The position numbers and the translations under genes were made by a program. Positions 15,759 through 30,724 of a stretch of DNA of 64,000 nt are shown here, piece by piece. The stretch comes from Eledone cirrhosa (Eukaryota): positions 11,098,001 to 11,162,000 of the forward strand of contig OZ024748.1 in assembly GCA_964016885.1 (NCBI GenBank), in the 5' to 3' direction. Under the pieces are notes generated by a model that saw only the letters and a program-made list of their open reading frames with translations, was not told where the DNA came from and did no database searches. Within the stretch, counting starts at the first letter, position 1. Each line of letters begins with the position of its first letter.

Positions 15759-16221
15759 GGTAGTAGTGGGTGGTAGTAGTAGTAGTGGTGGCGGTTGTAC
15801 TGGCGGTGGTAGTAGTAGTAGTAGTAGTGGTGGTGGTGGTGGTGGTGGTGGTGGTGGTGGTGGTGGTGGTGGTGGTGGTAGTAGTGGTGGTGGTAGTAGT
15901 AGTAGTGGTGGCGGTTGTACTGGCGGTGGTAGTAGAAGTAGTAGTAGTGGTGGTGGTGGTGGTGGTGGTAGTGGTGGTGGTAGTAGTTGTAGTAGTGGTA
16001 GTGGTGGCGGTTGTACTGGCGGTGGTAGTAGTAGTAGTAGTAGTGGTGGTGGTGGTGGTGGTGGTTGTGGTTGTAGTAGTGGGAGGTGGTGGTGGTGGTA
16101 GTAGTGGTAGTGGTAGTAGTAGTAGTGGTGGTGGTGGTAGTAGTGGGTGGTGGTGGTAGTGGTAGTAGTTGTAGTAGTGGTGGTGGTAGTAGTAGTAGTG
16201 GTGGCGGTTGTACTGGCGGTG

Positions 16222-16253
<32 letters not shown>

Positions 16254-16473
16254 GGTGGTGGTGGTGGTGGTGGGAGGCGGTGGTGGTGGTTGTAGTAGTG
16301 GTAGTGGTAGTAGTAGTAGTGGTGGCGGTTGTACTGGCGGTGGTAGTAGTAGTGGTGGTGGTGGTGGTGGTGGTGTTGGTAGTGGGAGGTGGTGGTGGTG
16401 GTAGTAGTTGTAGTAGTGGTAGTAGTAGTAGTGGTGGCGGTTGTATAGGCGGTAGTAGTAGTAGTAGGTGGTG

Positions 16474-16530
<57 letters not shown>

Positions 16531-16631
16531 CTAGTGGGAGGTGGTGGTGGTGGTAGTAGTTGTAGTAGTGGTGGTGGTGGTGGTGGTGGAAGTAGTAGTG
16601 GTGGTGGTGGTGGTAGCAGCAGCAGAGCAGC

Positions 16632-16680
<49 letters not shown>

Positions 16681-16760
16681 TCACCATCATCATCATCACT
16701 ATCATCACCATCATCATCATCATCATCACCCTCATTATCATCAGCAGCGGCAGTAGCAGC
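15395..16760. repeat. Compound (GGT)/(AGT) microsatellite with higher-order unit
   Basis: GGCGGTTGTACTGGCGG marker recurs about 10 times. Confidence 0.9.
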
Positions 16761-17929
16761 AGCTGTAGTACTCCCAGAAGGGAAGTGGATAACTCCTTTA
16801 AATATGCCCTTATAAAATTAAGATACACACACACACATACACACACACACATACACACACACACACATATAGACACACATACATATAGACACACACACAT
16901 ATAGACACACACATATAGACACATATACAAACATACATACACACACATACACACAAACGTATACACATACATACATATACATACAGGCACATACATACAC
17001 ATACATACATACACATACATACATACTCATACACACATACATACACATACATACACATACACACACACGCACTCACATACATAGACGCATACTTAAATAC
17101 ATACATATATATATATATACATACATACACACATACATATACACATACATACATACATATATACATATACATGCACACATACATATACATACATATAAAT
17201 GCACATACACACATACATACACACATACAGGCATATACATACACACACACATACATACAGACACATACAGACATACATATATACACATACATACATATAC
17301 AGGCACATGCACACATACAGGCATATACATACACACACATACATACAAGCACATACACACACATAATACACGTACATGCACATACATACATACACACATA
17401 TACAGGCCCATACACACACACATACAGGCACACACACACCCATACATATACAGGCACACACAGACACACACACACATACATATACAGGCACACACAGACA
17501 CACACATACATATACAGGCACACACACATACACACACATACACACATACACATACAGACACACACAGACACACACACACACATACAGGCACACATACAGA
17601 CACACACACATTCATACACATACAGACACACACACACACATACAGGCAGACATACAGACACACACACATTCATACACATACAGACACACACACACACATA
17701 CAGGCACACATACAGACACACACACATTCATACACATACATATACATGCACAGACATCGAAATCCAACCAAGGAACGTGGGAATCAAACATGCAGAGATA
17801 AAAACAAAAAAAAACAAAATTTTCCAATTCCAAATAAGTTAAAAAATACATTTAAAAAAGCAAAAAGGTAAGAGAAAGAATAAGAACGAGAGAGAGTGAG
17901 AGTGAGTGAGAGAGAGAGAGAGAGGGAGA

Positions 17930-17993
<64 letters not shown>

Positions 17994-18089
17994 AAATACT
18001 AGAACAATTCAGAAATGACGCGTGGGTGGGGTTAGAAATCTGAAAGCAAAGAACGTCTGCAATTGAGGTCTTTGTTGGTTTTCTTTCAT

Positions 18090-18795
18090 GAAGGACGGCA
18101 ACACTTCTGAAGGACGGCAACACTTCTGAAGGACGGCAACACTTCTGAAGGACGGCAACACTTCTGAAGGACGGTAACATTTCTGAAGGACGGTAACACT
18201 TCTGAAGGACGGCAACACTTCTGAAGGACGGTAACACTTCTGAAGGACGGTAACATTTCTGAAGGACGGTAACACTTCTGAAGGACGGTAACACTTCTGA
18301 AGGACGGTAACACTTCTGAAGGACGGCAACACTTCTGAAGGACGGCAACACTTCTGAAGGACGGTAACACTTCTGAAGGACGGTAACACTTCTGAAGGAC
18401 GGCAACACTTCTGAAGGACGGTAACACTTCTGAAGGACGGCAACACTTCTGAAGGACGGCAACACTTCTGAAGGACGGTAACACTTCTGAAGGACGGTAA
18501 CACTTCTGAAGGACGGCAACACTTCTGAAGGACGGTAACACTTCTGAAGGACGGTAACACTTCTGAAGGACGGCAACACTTCTGAAGGACGGTAACACTT
18601 CTGAAGGACGGCAACACTTCTGAAGGACGGCAACACTTCTGAAGGACGGTAACACTTCTGAAGGACGGTAACACTTCTGAAGGACGGTAACACTTCTGAA
18701 GGACGGCAACACTTCTGAAGGACGGTAACACTTCTGAAGGACGGTAACACTTCTGAAGGACGGCAACACTTCTGAAGGACGGTACCACTTCTGAA
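18090..18795. repeat. 19-bp minisatellite, ~37 copies (CTGAAGGACGGYAACACTT)
   Basis: Read directly; variation is almost limited to one C/T site. Confidence 0.97.
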
Positions 18796-18967
18796 CAACA
18801 ATAGCCACACTTGTGAACAATGACATCGCTGATAAAAAGCGGTAACAATTTGTTGAAAACAAACAGTTGGTTTAACAATTATGCAATTATGCAAACAAAG
18901 CCTCATTTTTAAAGCCATGTCAGTAGAATGACCCCGTCATTCTTGCTCTTGTGTTGGCATGTAAACA

Positions 18968-19017
18968 GAACTGCAGACATTAATGTTTCTGGGTATCACC
19001 CTTCATCAGTACAGTTC
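18968..19017 (-). ncRNA. Type I hammerhead ribozyme motif (minimal, PLE-like)
   Basis: GAACTGTA-CTGATGA-A-GGGT gat ACCC-A-GAAA-CATTAATG-TC-TGCAGTTC: stems I and II pair, palindromic stem III, GUC site. Confidence 0.85.
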
Positions 19018-19930
19018 ACTGTTCACCCGCCAAACTGTCAGAGCTAGTGAAAATATATGATATTTTCTAAAATATACAGTGACTCATCGGCCTGATTTGC
19101 ATATTAGCAGACTGGCTGATCAGCCTGATTTGCATATCAGCAGACTGGCCAGTCAGTTTCCTGTATATGAGCGATAAATGGCCTGCTTTGCCACATTGAA
19201 AAAAAAAAAAAAAAAAAAATTTTCGCTCTACATGGCTGAATACAATAAATGTAATCTGAGGTTTTCGAATATTAATAATAACATTTGATTCGTTTGCAAT
19301 TATGCAAACAAGCCTCATTTTTAAAGCCATGTCAGTAGAATGAACCCCTCAAGAGCAAGAATCGAATGTTATTATTAACTTTGCCTTTCATCCTTACGGG
19401 GTCGATAAAATAAAGTACCAGTAATGCACTGGGTAATTGCTGGCCTTGTGCCAAAAAGTAGAAACAATTATTAATATTCGAAAAACGCAGATTACATTTA
19501 TATATTTATAAATTTATCTCAAACCTTCCATCATAAGTCTTTGTTAAGTTACATTCCAGATACCATCTTAGAGATAAGAAAGCCATATCCTAGTTATTTT
19601 ACTAAATCCCTCCAAATTCTTAATTTATTTTCAAAATTTCTGGAAAATCAAACAGAACGACTGAAACGACTGTGGCGACCCCTGGTGTCTAATGTTGTGA
19701 AACTGTCTTTGAAAGTGTTTATATTTATCATCACACCGACATTCACCATCATCATCATCATCATCATCACCATCGTTATCATCATCGTCATCATCACCAA
19801 TCTCACCATCATCATCACCATCATCATCATCATCGTTATCATCATCGTCGTCGTCATCATCACCATCATCATCACTATCACCATAATCACCATCATCACC
19901 ATCATCATCACCATCATCATCATCATCGTT

Positions 19931-19968
<38 letters not shown>

Positions 19969-20355
19969 CATCATCATCGTTATCATCATCGTCGTCGTCG
20001 TCATCATCATCATCATCATCATCACTATCACCATAATCACCATCATCACCATCATCACCATCCTCCTCATCATAATCACCATCATCAACCTCCTCCTCCT
20101 CCTCATCATCATCATCATCCTCCTCATCATCATCATCGTCGTTACCATCACCATCATCCTCCTCATCATCATCATCATCGTCGTCATCATCGTCGCCGTC
20201 GTTTGTTTTAGAGATTTCCCCCCTCCCCCCATCCAACGTTATTTCTTCTCCCGGCTAAATAGCCCGACAATGTCACTGAGTCCTTTATTACCATGATTAC
20301 CCCCCTCTCTATCTATATATTTCCCCCTCTCTCTTTCTCACTCCCTCCCTCCTCC

Positions 20356-20419
<64 letters not shown>

Positions 20420-20634
20420 TTATCTCCCCTCTCTCTCTCACTCCCCATCTCTCTCTCTATCTATCTATCTCCCTCTCTCTCCCCTCTCTTTCACCCCCTC
20501 TCTATCTATCTATCTATCTCCCCCTCTCTCTTTCTCACTCCCCCCCTCTATCTATCTATCTATCTCCCTCTCTCTCACTCTCCCTCTCTCTCTCTATCTT
20601 TCCCTCCCTCCTCTCTCTCTCTTCCCTTTTTAGG

Positions 20635-20747
<113 letters not shown>

Positions 20748-21120
20748 AAAACAAGATCTCTTCATCAGAATCAGAACAGATTTCACCAACATTCACAACA
20801 CTTCTACAACCATCTGCCGCTTACAGCAACAAAAATAACTTGGAAAAATAACTAAATTAAATAAAATAATAACAATAATAACAATAATAACCCTTGTCAA
20901 ACATAAAAACAAAACAAATCGGCACCACTTCCTGTGTTCCTTCTCCCCTTCTCCTCCCACCATCATCGTCTAATATATAGAGAAGACAAGATCGAGAGAG
21001 AGAGAGAGAGAGAGATGGAAGAGAGATGGAGGAGAGAGAGGAGAGAAAGAAAGAGAGAGAGTGAAAGAGAGAGTGAGAGTGAAAGAGAGAGAGGGAGAGA
21101 TAGAGATAGATAGATAGATA

Positions 21121-21210
<90 letters not shown>

Positions 21211-21427
21211 CAGTTTGCTTGCTTGTATGTTTGATTCTTAAGAATCGAAACATTTCAAGACTCCACAGAAGAGTGTTTGAAAAGGAATATGGAACTCTGG
21301 GAAATATTTGTGGCGAGCGAAACAACGGCTTGAGAAGAACTCTCTGGGGAGGGGAGGCTGGTAGATGTAGGAAGGAGGAGAGGGGGAAGAGGGTGAGAAA
21401 TCTGTCTACTGCATATATGAATATGAG

Positions 21428-21521
<94 letters not shown>

Positions 21522-22114
21522 ATATAGAAATGGCTCATACAAGACTAGAACTGTTTCAGTCAAAAGAAATCACCATGATGATTTCTTTTGAATGAAAGTT
21601 CTAGTCCTGTAGAAGCCATTTCTATATTAAACTTGATGTTGACACTCTACTAATTATATATATATATATATAGTTATGTAATAAACAACATAAGATAATT
21701 ATTTCATTTACCAGTGGTTTCTTGAAGGCAGATGATGTGTCTGTAAATGAAATAATTATCTTATGTTGTTTATTACATAACTAATAAGCTCTGTAGCCTA
21801 CATAGAGCACTCTTTTTTCCTGTACCTTCCGACGGACATACCTCATTTATATATATATATATGGTGCAATGTCAAAAATGAAGAACAAACATATATAGAC
21901 TATAAAGATAAGATTAAGTAAGCAAATTGATTTGATTTTTCTCATTAGAAAATACAGCTGGTTAGGTTTAATCAGTTTAATCAGGAGGGATGGACACGGG
22001 TGGGTTAGGGTGATGTGGCAATCAGATAGGAGAAGAAGGAAAGTATGTAGGTGTTTATTTGTGAGAAAGCAAATAGTTAGTTAAAGTCTGTTGTAAGACG
22101 AAGGCTAATCAAGC

Positions 22115-22965
22115 TGGACGCCAGACGATCACAGGATTAACTCGCCAGCCACTGCTGGTACTCACTCTAAACCGAAGGCTCATCAAGCTGGTATTTATCC
22201 TCGGTTTCGTTGGTGTTAAGTGACTGAGAGTACAAGACTCTCCCCTGGACAGGACGCCAGACCATCACAACATTAACTCCCCAGTCACTGCTGGTACTCA
22301 CTCTAAACCGAAGGCTCATCAAGCTGGTATTTATCCTCGGTTTCGTTGGTGTTAAGTGACTGAGAGTACAAGACTCTCCCCTGGACAGGACGCCAGACGA
22401 TCACAGGATTAACTCCCCAGGCACTGCTGGTACTCACTCTAAACCGAAGGCTCATCAAGCTGGTATTTATCCTCGGTTTCGTTGGTGTTAAGTGACTGAG
22501 AGTACAAGACTCTCCCCTGGACAGGACGCCAGACCATCACAGGATTAACTCCCCAGGCACTGTTGGTACTCACTCTAAACCGAAGGCTCATCAAGCTGGT
22601 ATTTATCCTCGGTTTCGTTGGTGTTAAGTGACTGAGAGTACAAGACTCTCCCCTGGACAGGACGCCAGACCATCACAGGATTAACTCCCCAGGCACTGCT
22701 GGTACTCACTCTAAACCGAAGGCTCATCAAGCTGGTATTTATCCTCGGTTTCGTTGGTGTTAAGTGACTGAGAGTACAAGACTCTCCCCTGGACAGGATG
22801 CCAGACCATCACAGGATTAACTCCCCAGGCACTGCTGGTACTCACTCTAAACCGAAGGCTCATCAAGCTGGTATTTATCCTCGGTTTCGTTGGTGTTAAA
22901 CGACTGAGAGTACAAGACTCTCCCCTGGACAGGATGTTGGTTTATCACAGGATTAACTCCCTAGC
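22115..22965. repeat. 136-bp tandem repeat, ~6 copies, SINE-related
   Basis: CTCTAAACCGAAGG at 22165, 22301, 22437, 22573, 22709 and 22845; diverged copy at 23135-23260. Confidence 0.95.
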
Positions 22966-23169
22966 AGGGTCTCCAAGAGAAATTTTGCAAGGCGATACAA
23001 GACCCCTTTGGGTTCCGAAGCAGGCAAACATTTTTCTCAAAATGGATGTTACATGGTTGTTGTGGGGCCTTCTTAGCTCTTGGGCCCTGGAACAAAGTAC
23101 CAACTGGACTTCCCTCTCATAGGTCCTGCTCTCCAGTCACTGCCGGTACTTACTCTAAGCTGAAGGCTC

Positions 23170-23503
23170 CTAAGGCCGCTGCTTATCACCGGTTTCCTTG
23201 GGATTAAGCGACTGAGAGTAGAAGACTCCGGTCTATTTCAGGTTAAACTCCACGGCTATTGCCGGAACTAACTCTTAGCTGAGTGTACTGTTGCCGGAAC
23301 TCACTCTTAGCTGAGTGTACTGTTGCCGGAACTCACTCTTAGCTGAGTGTACTGTGCCGGAACTCACTCTCAGCTGAGTGTACTGAAGCAATGTGAAATA
23401 AAGTGTTTTGGCCAAGAACAGAACGCAGCAGCCTTTCCATGAACCAAAGCGATGACATTATGACCCTACGTCCAGCTCCCTAACTATTAGGCCATGCGCC
23501 TTC
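23170..23503 (-). mobile_element. tRNA-derived SINE family 2 with internal ~29-bp tandem amplification
   Basis: Head GGCGCATGGCCTAATAGTTAG; core AAAACACTTTATTTCACATTGCT..AGT.CACTCAGCTG shared with 35811-35995. Confidence 0.7.
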
Positions 23504-24056
23504 ACAAAGAAATAGTGGTACTTATAAAAATACATTTCAGAGACAGTTATAGTGACAAATAATGATTCCTAGAGGGAGGGGAAAGTCGATTAAATCGACA
23601 CCAGTCCATTACTGGTACTTTATTTTATCGACCCTGTAAGGATGAAAGGCAAAGTTAACCTCGGCGTGATTTGAACTCAGACCGTAAAGTGCCGTAACTC
23701 TATGCTGCAAATCATGGCGTCCTACCCTCTACCCTATATATTGCGAATCCACCGCCCATGTTTATATATAATAATGGTTTTTGACTTAGGCCAACAATTT
23801 TTGAGGGAGAGGAAAATCGATTAAATCGACGCCATTGTATTACTGGTATTTTTTTTTATCGACCCAGTAATGATGGAAGGCAAAGATATTAGAGTGAATA
23901 ATAGTGTGGGTTGTAGTAGTGGTTGTAGTGTTAGTGTTAGGTGTACTAGTGGTAGTAGCAGAGAGAGAGAGTGTGGTGGTGGTGGTGGTGGGGGGGGATA
24001 GAGAAAGTGACAGAGAAATTTATGAATGATGTTGAAGTGTGTACTTTTGAATTTAT

Positions 24057-24099
<43 letters not shown>

Positions 24100-24329
24100 A
24101 AGAATCAAAGAACTGTTCAAAACATTATGTTTTGAACAGTTCTTTGATTCTTATATTTCATATTTCATATAACTGCTCTGTAAATCATCTAATGTTTTTA
24201 CATTGAGCTACTTAACTTACTGGTAATAAGGTAGTAATACATTACTGCCTACCACTATTTAGGGTGTGTGTAAAATACTTACAACTGCTTAAGGTTTTGT
24301 GTTTACATAACCATAAATAGTATAACTAA

Positions 24330-24509
<180 letters not shown>

Positions 24510-25153
24510 AGATCAAAAGATGGTTAAAGGAGTTCAATATATTTTATTATGCGCATTTCAAAAACAAACATCATCAAACAATAATATTTGTGTTTTCATC
24601 AGATAAAACAGGAGAACATGATATGAAGGCTAAAAAAAACACTTGTTGATAGTGCAGTTTTAAATCAACATATTTTTGAAATGCGCATAATAAAATATAT
24701 TGAACTCCTTTAACCATCTTTTGATCTTATATTATGCATACTCCAGTCCCACAAACTGTAGAGTGCTTCTTATCCGATATCTGCATTGCTTTATTGTACT
24801 ACAATAAAACTCACCTCCTACACATATATATATATATGTATGTATGTAAATATATATATATATGTATGTATATAAATATATATATAAATATATATATATA
24901 TAAACTATTTCTTTGGCTAATTTGTGTTGGTCTGTTATTGTTGTTATTGTTGTTATTGTTGTTATTGTCGAGAGTATTTAATAGTTATCTCTGGTCTGAT
25001 ACCTTCTCTGTCTTTTCAATAAGCTAAAATCACTGGCTATTGATAATGGCGTATCAATAACAAGACTACATATCGACAGCTGCTTCACTAGTTTCAAGTA
25101 CATCTTACTTTCTCTACCTCTTTAGTCCTATCTTTACTTCTTCTTTCTTTCGC

Positions 25154-25197
<44 letters not shown>

Positions 25198-25309
25198 TTT
25201 TTCTTTCTTTCTTCTTCTTCTTCTTCTCCTTCTCCTCCTCCCCCCAGTCTCTTTCTTACTCTCTTATAAGAGAGACAAAGAGAGTGAAGGACAGAAAAGA
25301 TATATGCAT

Positions 25310-25390
<81 letters not shown>

Positions 25391-25487
25391 TATATATATA
25401 TATATATACATATATATACATATATATATACAAAGATATATAGAAAGAGAAAGAGAGAGAGAGATAGAGACACCGAGGGAAAGAGAG

Positions 25488-25600
<113 letters not shown>

Positions 25601-26626
25601 CACTTACACAAACAGAAATATATGCATATTTATATAATGTATCACCATTTAACGTCCGTTTTCCATGTCTCCCCCGCCACACAGACATTCCCACATACAC
25701 ACAGACACATAGACACAGACATATACACACACACACCGACACATACACACACATATACACACAGACAAACAGACACTGGCATACACCCATAGACACACAC
25801 ACACACACACACGCAAATCCATTTACACATACAAACGCATGCACGCAGACACAGACAGACACATACACACACTGGCACAAACACACACACACACACACAC
25901 ACTGGTTTACAAACACACATACATACATACACACACACACTGGTTTACATACACACGCACTGGTTTACATACACACATACATACATACACACACATTGAC
26001 ATAAACCAGACAATTTGCTTTGATTTTCTCGAAATTGGCGACAAAATATTTAACAAAATCTGTGTTAAATTTGATGAATGGAAAAGTTGTTGTAGTTGTT
26101 GTTGTTGTTGTTGTTGTTGTTGGTGTTGTTGTTGTTGGTGTTGTTGGTGTAGTTGTTGATGTTGTTGTTGTTGGTGTTGTTGTTGTTGGTGTTGGTGTTG
26201 TTGGTGTAGTTGTTGGTGTTGTTGGTGTAGTTGTTGGTGTTGTTGTTGTTGGTGTTGTTGGTGTTGTTGTTGGTGTTGTTGGTGTTAAAGCTCTTGGTGT
26301 TGGTGTTGTTGCTCTTGTTGCTGGTCGTGCTAGTAGTGATAATGACCCCCCATACACACACACACCACCAACACCACCAACACCACCACTACCACTACTA
26401 CCACCAACACGACGACCACCACGACAACGACCACCACCACCATCACCACCACCACGACCACTACTACCACCAACACCACGACGACGACCACCACCACCAC
26501 CACAACCACCACCATCAACTACCACGATGACTATCACCACCATTACCACCACACACAACCACCACCATCCCATGGTCATGTGATAATAAATCTACCAATA
26601 AAACACGAACAAATTGTACTACTCAC

Positions 26627-26742
26627 CTGTGTAGAAGTGAAAAGGACTAATTGTTTCTTTCCAATTAAACCTTCCTGTTTGATCTCTGGGCATATGTAAT
26701 GCCTGGCAGTTAGAACACCATAGAGATTAGATATAGCTCCAC
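26627..26742 (-). CDS. GAD: GAD coding exon 5 (GGAISNLYGVLTARHYICPEIKQEGL...LVLFTSTQ)
   Basis: 116 nt; CAG acceptor and GTGAGT donor; PGGAISN and LVLFTS motifs; phase 1-0. Confidence 0.95.
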
Positions 26743-27082
26743 CTGGCGGATAAGAAATAAAACAAAAAAATTAAATAAAAAAAAAATACAATTAAAATTA
26801 TGGTTTACATAGATTTAATAATGGTTTCTGATTTCAAATTTGGGAGTAGGGGGAAGTCGATTAAATAAACCCCAGTACATTACTGGTACTTTGTTTTATC
26901 GACCCCGTAAGGATGAAAGATAAAGCTAACTTCGGCGGGATCTGAACACAGAAGGTAAGAATCGGAACAAATGCTACAAAGCATTGTGTCTGATGCTCTA
27001 CCGATTGAGAAGTGTCATTTATGCAGTCACGATTACCATTATTCTACACACACACACACACACACACATACACACACATACA

Positions 27083-27116
<34 letters not shown>

Positions 27117-27183
27117 CCGGCCGTTTCAACATCTTGATCTAGATGTCGAAGCGACCGGAGCTCAGCCGTCAGGGTCCTGAATA

Positions 27184-27274
<91 letters not shown>

Positions 27275-27461
27275 GTATATATGTATATATATATATATTT
27301 CGTTTCTGAATTTGTTTAGCAAGATTCTTTATCTGAAAACGTGTGTTGAAACCGATATTGTTATGCTTTGGGAGGGTCATGTTGCCAATAAGAAACACAC
27401 GCCATCTTCTGGCATAGGACAGAACAAAGGAGAGGCACAACAACAAAGAAAAGAATCCCCA

Positions 27462-27504
27462 GTCACTGAAGAGGTCACAGAATGTGTGACGAAAGAACTT
27501 TGAC
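27462..27504 (+). ncRNA. Minimal hammerhead motif family E (identical copy at 8064-8106, minus; decayed copy at 674-716)
   Basis: GTCA-CTGAAGA-G-GTCACA gaatg TGTGAC-GAAAG aa CTT-TGAC. Confidence 0.72.
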
Positions 27505-27652
27505 AATATATGAACAACCGTCCGGTTATGGAACCAACCAACCAACCGGAAATTTATAAATTCTTAAATTTATAAATTTAATTTATAATAAATTGGAGTG
27601 AAAGCAACTGGTGCGTGTGTTTCTTATTGGCAACATGACCCTCCCAAATCAT

Positions 27653-27717
<65 letters not shown>

Positions 27718-28331
27718 AAGAAATTAAAAGATGGTTAAAACATTATGCGCATTTCAAAAACAAATATCATCCTGGGACGATATTTGCGTTCTCATCAGAT
27801 AAAATAGGAAAACACAATATGATGCCTAAAAAACACTTGTGGACAAGGAAGTGTCCAGTCAACATGTGATAAATAAATTTAAAAGGATATAGAAGATTGG
27901 AAAAAAGGAAGGAAGAGGAAAAAAGGAAAAAGAAAAAAGGAAAAAGAAAAAAGGAAAAAGAAGGAGAGGGATATTCCTTTGAGTTCCGATGAGCCACTCT
28001 GTTTTTTTAAATATGTTAATTATTTTCAACTGAACCAGATCAATTATGATATATAGTCATCTGATCCAGAAATATTATATGGAGTAGCGAAACAATTGTA
28101 AACGGACTAAAATATGTTGACAATCTTTTAATAATGTCTTTATGGATATCTTCATCATATACTACTGCTTAGCGCACAACCTTAATATTATTCGTTCAAT
28201 TTGATTTGCAGGAAACAACTCTAGTCATTGACATGACATTATCTGAGGTATTTAGGTAATAAATGTGAGAATGAGAGGTGTCACCTGTCCTAATTAACAC
28301 CTGCAGTATTCAGGTAATAAATGCAACATAC

Positions 28332-28438
28332 CTGGGGAAAATATACCATCTCCATCTTTCCATCCAACAATGCTCCTCATTCGTTCCAGGACAACCGCCT
28401 CCATCAAGGTGAAAACAGGTGCTATTTCGTATGTAAAC
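28332..28438 (-). CDS. GAD: GAD coding exon 4 ([13 protein letters not shown]...[12 protein letters not shown])
   Basis: 107 nt; AG acceptor and GTATG donor; phase 2-1. [13 protein letters not shown] is the GAD-type signature (CSAD/GADL1 have Y at the first F). Confidence 0.96.
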
Positions 28439-29197
28439 CTAACAACAACAACAATAATAACAGCAACAACAACAACGACAATAACAACAATAGCAATAAT
28501 AATTGTTTCTACTTTTGGCACAAGGCCAGTAATTACCCAGTGCATTACTGGTACTTTATTTTATCGACCCCGTAAGGATGAAAGGCAAAGTTAACCTCGG
28601 CGAGATTTGCAAAGCATAGCGTCCGACCCTCTACCGATACTGCGAATCCACCGCCCTAACAATAGCAATAATAATAACAGCATTAACATTGGTAATGTTT
28701 ATAGCGATAACAATAACGGTTGTAACATTCGAAGTGATTTGCGCCTTGTACGAGCACTTAAGGTTTCCCATATCTCAGCTGTTGTTATCGGCTTTTTGCA
28801 GCATTCCGTATCAGCCGCCGATAGCTGTGCTAGGCCTTTAAGGAAGGTATTGTAACCAGCTGCCGTCTACCGACTCCCCTCTTGTACCGAACAGCTGTAC
28901 AAAGTGCCGCTGGAAAGCTGCACACATCTGTTTGGAATCCAGCAACAGGCGCCCATCTCGGTCCGCCAAAGACCGTATTGTGGATTTGTTGCTACGTCCC
29001 CATTAGAGAACACAACCACCTTTTGTTGACCACTGCCCTTGTCAACTGGTGCTTAACTAATGCGCTAATCCGGTCGCTGTAGGCTTTAAGCATCAGGAAC
29101 GACGCTTTAAGCTTCCAGTAACCGAAACTCTTTCCAGGTTGACCGTGCAGATCACAAATTTCTGAGTACTTTCTCTCCCTATATATATATATATATA

Positions 29198-29296
<99 letters not shown>

Positions 29297-29575
29297 GATA
29301 TTAATAAATGGAAACTATATATATGAAACCATATTTATTTCATTATACATATTTCAGGGATACCAAATTAAATTATGGTATGCCTTCATCACACAAAATA
29401 CAATATATAACAGTCTTACAAATAAGCCTTGACGTACCCTATTAAAATGCAACCATTATTTTTGGAAGCCATCCGGTAATATCGTATATATACTCCAAAT
29501 ACTTGTCGAGTGCTTTATATCAGTTATAAAAATATTTACTTGTTGTATCCCAACAATTTTAAATAGAACTTTTGC

Positions 29576-29610
<35 letters not shown>

Positions 29611-29659
29611 AATTCAGCGAGAATTGCATTTCGGCGGGTAGAAAAAGCGAAACGAAACG

Positions 29660-29768
<109 letters not shown>

Positions 29769-30239
29769 ATATATACGGGGTAACAAATTAGTGTTATAGG
29801 TAGTCCACTTAAGTGTAGTCCAGTTATGGTACTCCGGGTAGTGGATGATATCAACGATTGGCTAAGTTTGACTCAACAAGGCGTTTCCATAGTGATGTTG
29901 CGAGTACGCTGTAATTCCTATGTTGTAAACACTTGGAGTAATGATAAATCAGGAAAGAAGAGTGGCACGGTTTGCTATACTCACAAGCTCCGGTGAATTG
30001 ACTGGTTATAACTTTGTATTGGTGATCGAATAACGTGAAAACAAGCGGGTAGCGATCTCTAGACCTACCAGTTCAGAGAAACAATTGTCAGCAATGAGAT
30101 TAAAAACCTTTTTTGTATAGCAAACCGTGTCACTCTTCTTTCCTGATTTATATATATATATATCACCCCACTCTCAAGAGCGTGAAACTAATAAACCTTT
30201 GTTCGTACTGCCTCTCTGTTTTGTTCCCGTTCAATTTTT

Positions 30240-30280
<41 letters not shown>

Positions 30281-30433
30281 AACAAAAGATGGTTAAAGGA
30301 GTTCCATGTATTTTATTATGCGCATTTCTTTTGTTCTTATATATTATGTATACTCCAGTCCTACAAACTGTAGAGTGCTTCTTAACCGATATCTGCATTG
30401 CTTTATTGTACTACAATAAAACTCACCTCCTAC

Positions 30434-30488
<55 letters not shown>

Positions 30489-30535
30489 AAGGCTTCTACA
30501 GGACTAGAACTGTTTCATTCGGGAGAAATGATCAG

Positions 30536-30586
30536 GGCTTCCTGATGATTTCTCCCGAATGAAACAGTTCTAGTCCTGTAGAAGTC
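30536..30586 (+). ncRNA. Hammerhead motif family A (mirror arm at 30485-30540)
   Basis: GGCTTC-CTGATGA...GAAACAG...CTGTA-GAAGTC; stem I covaries with the 55974 copy. Confidence 0.78.
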
Positions 30587-30668
30587 TTTTCTATATTAAA
30601 TATTTATACTCTGCTTTGCATTGAGTACCTTACTTACTGTGGTTATTCCCGATTGAACCCAGAATAAA

Positions 30669-30724
<56 letters not shown>

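Noticed and set aside
14651-17020. Pro/Thr-rich and Gly/Ser-rich ORFs resembling extensin, mucin or loricrin
   Set aside because: Translations of (ACC)/(GGT)/(AGT) microsatellites without credible starts or splice sites.
18090-18795. CRISPR-like regular repeats (also 22115-22965 and 60960-61565)
   Set aside because: Eukaryotic context, no cas genes; units are contiguous or have related spacers rather than unique ones.
17839-18918. Three long overlapping minus-strand ORFs (258-359 aa) with a 19-aa period
   Set aside because: Consequence of a stop-free 19-bp tandem repeat read in all frames; no domain or splice support.
19631-20236. Asp-rich acidic ORF resembling a biomineralisation protein
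   Set aside because: (GAT)n microsatellite open in several frames; no signal peptide or exon support.
28725-29180. Possible decayed LINE fragment (QLYK...LESCTH)
   Set aside because: Similarity too weak to support by eye.
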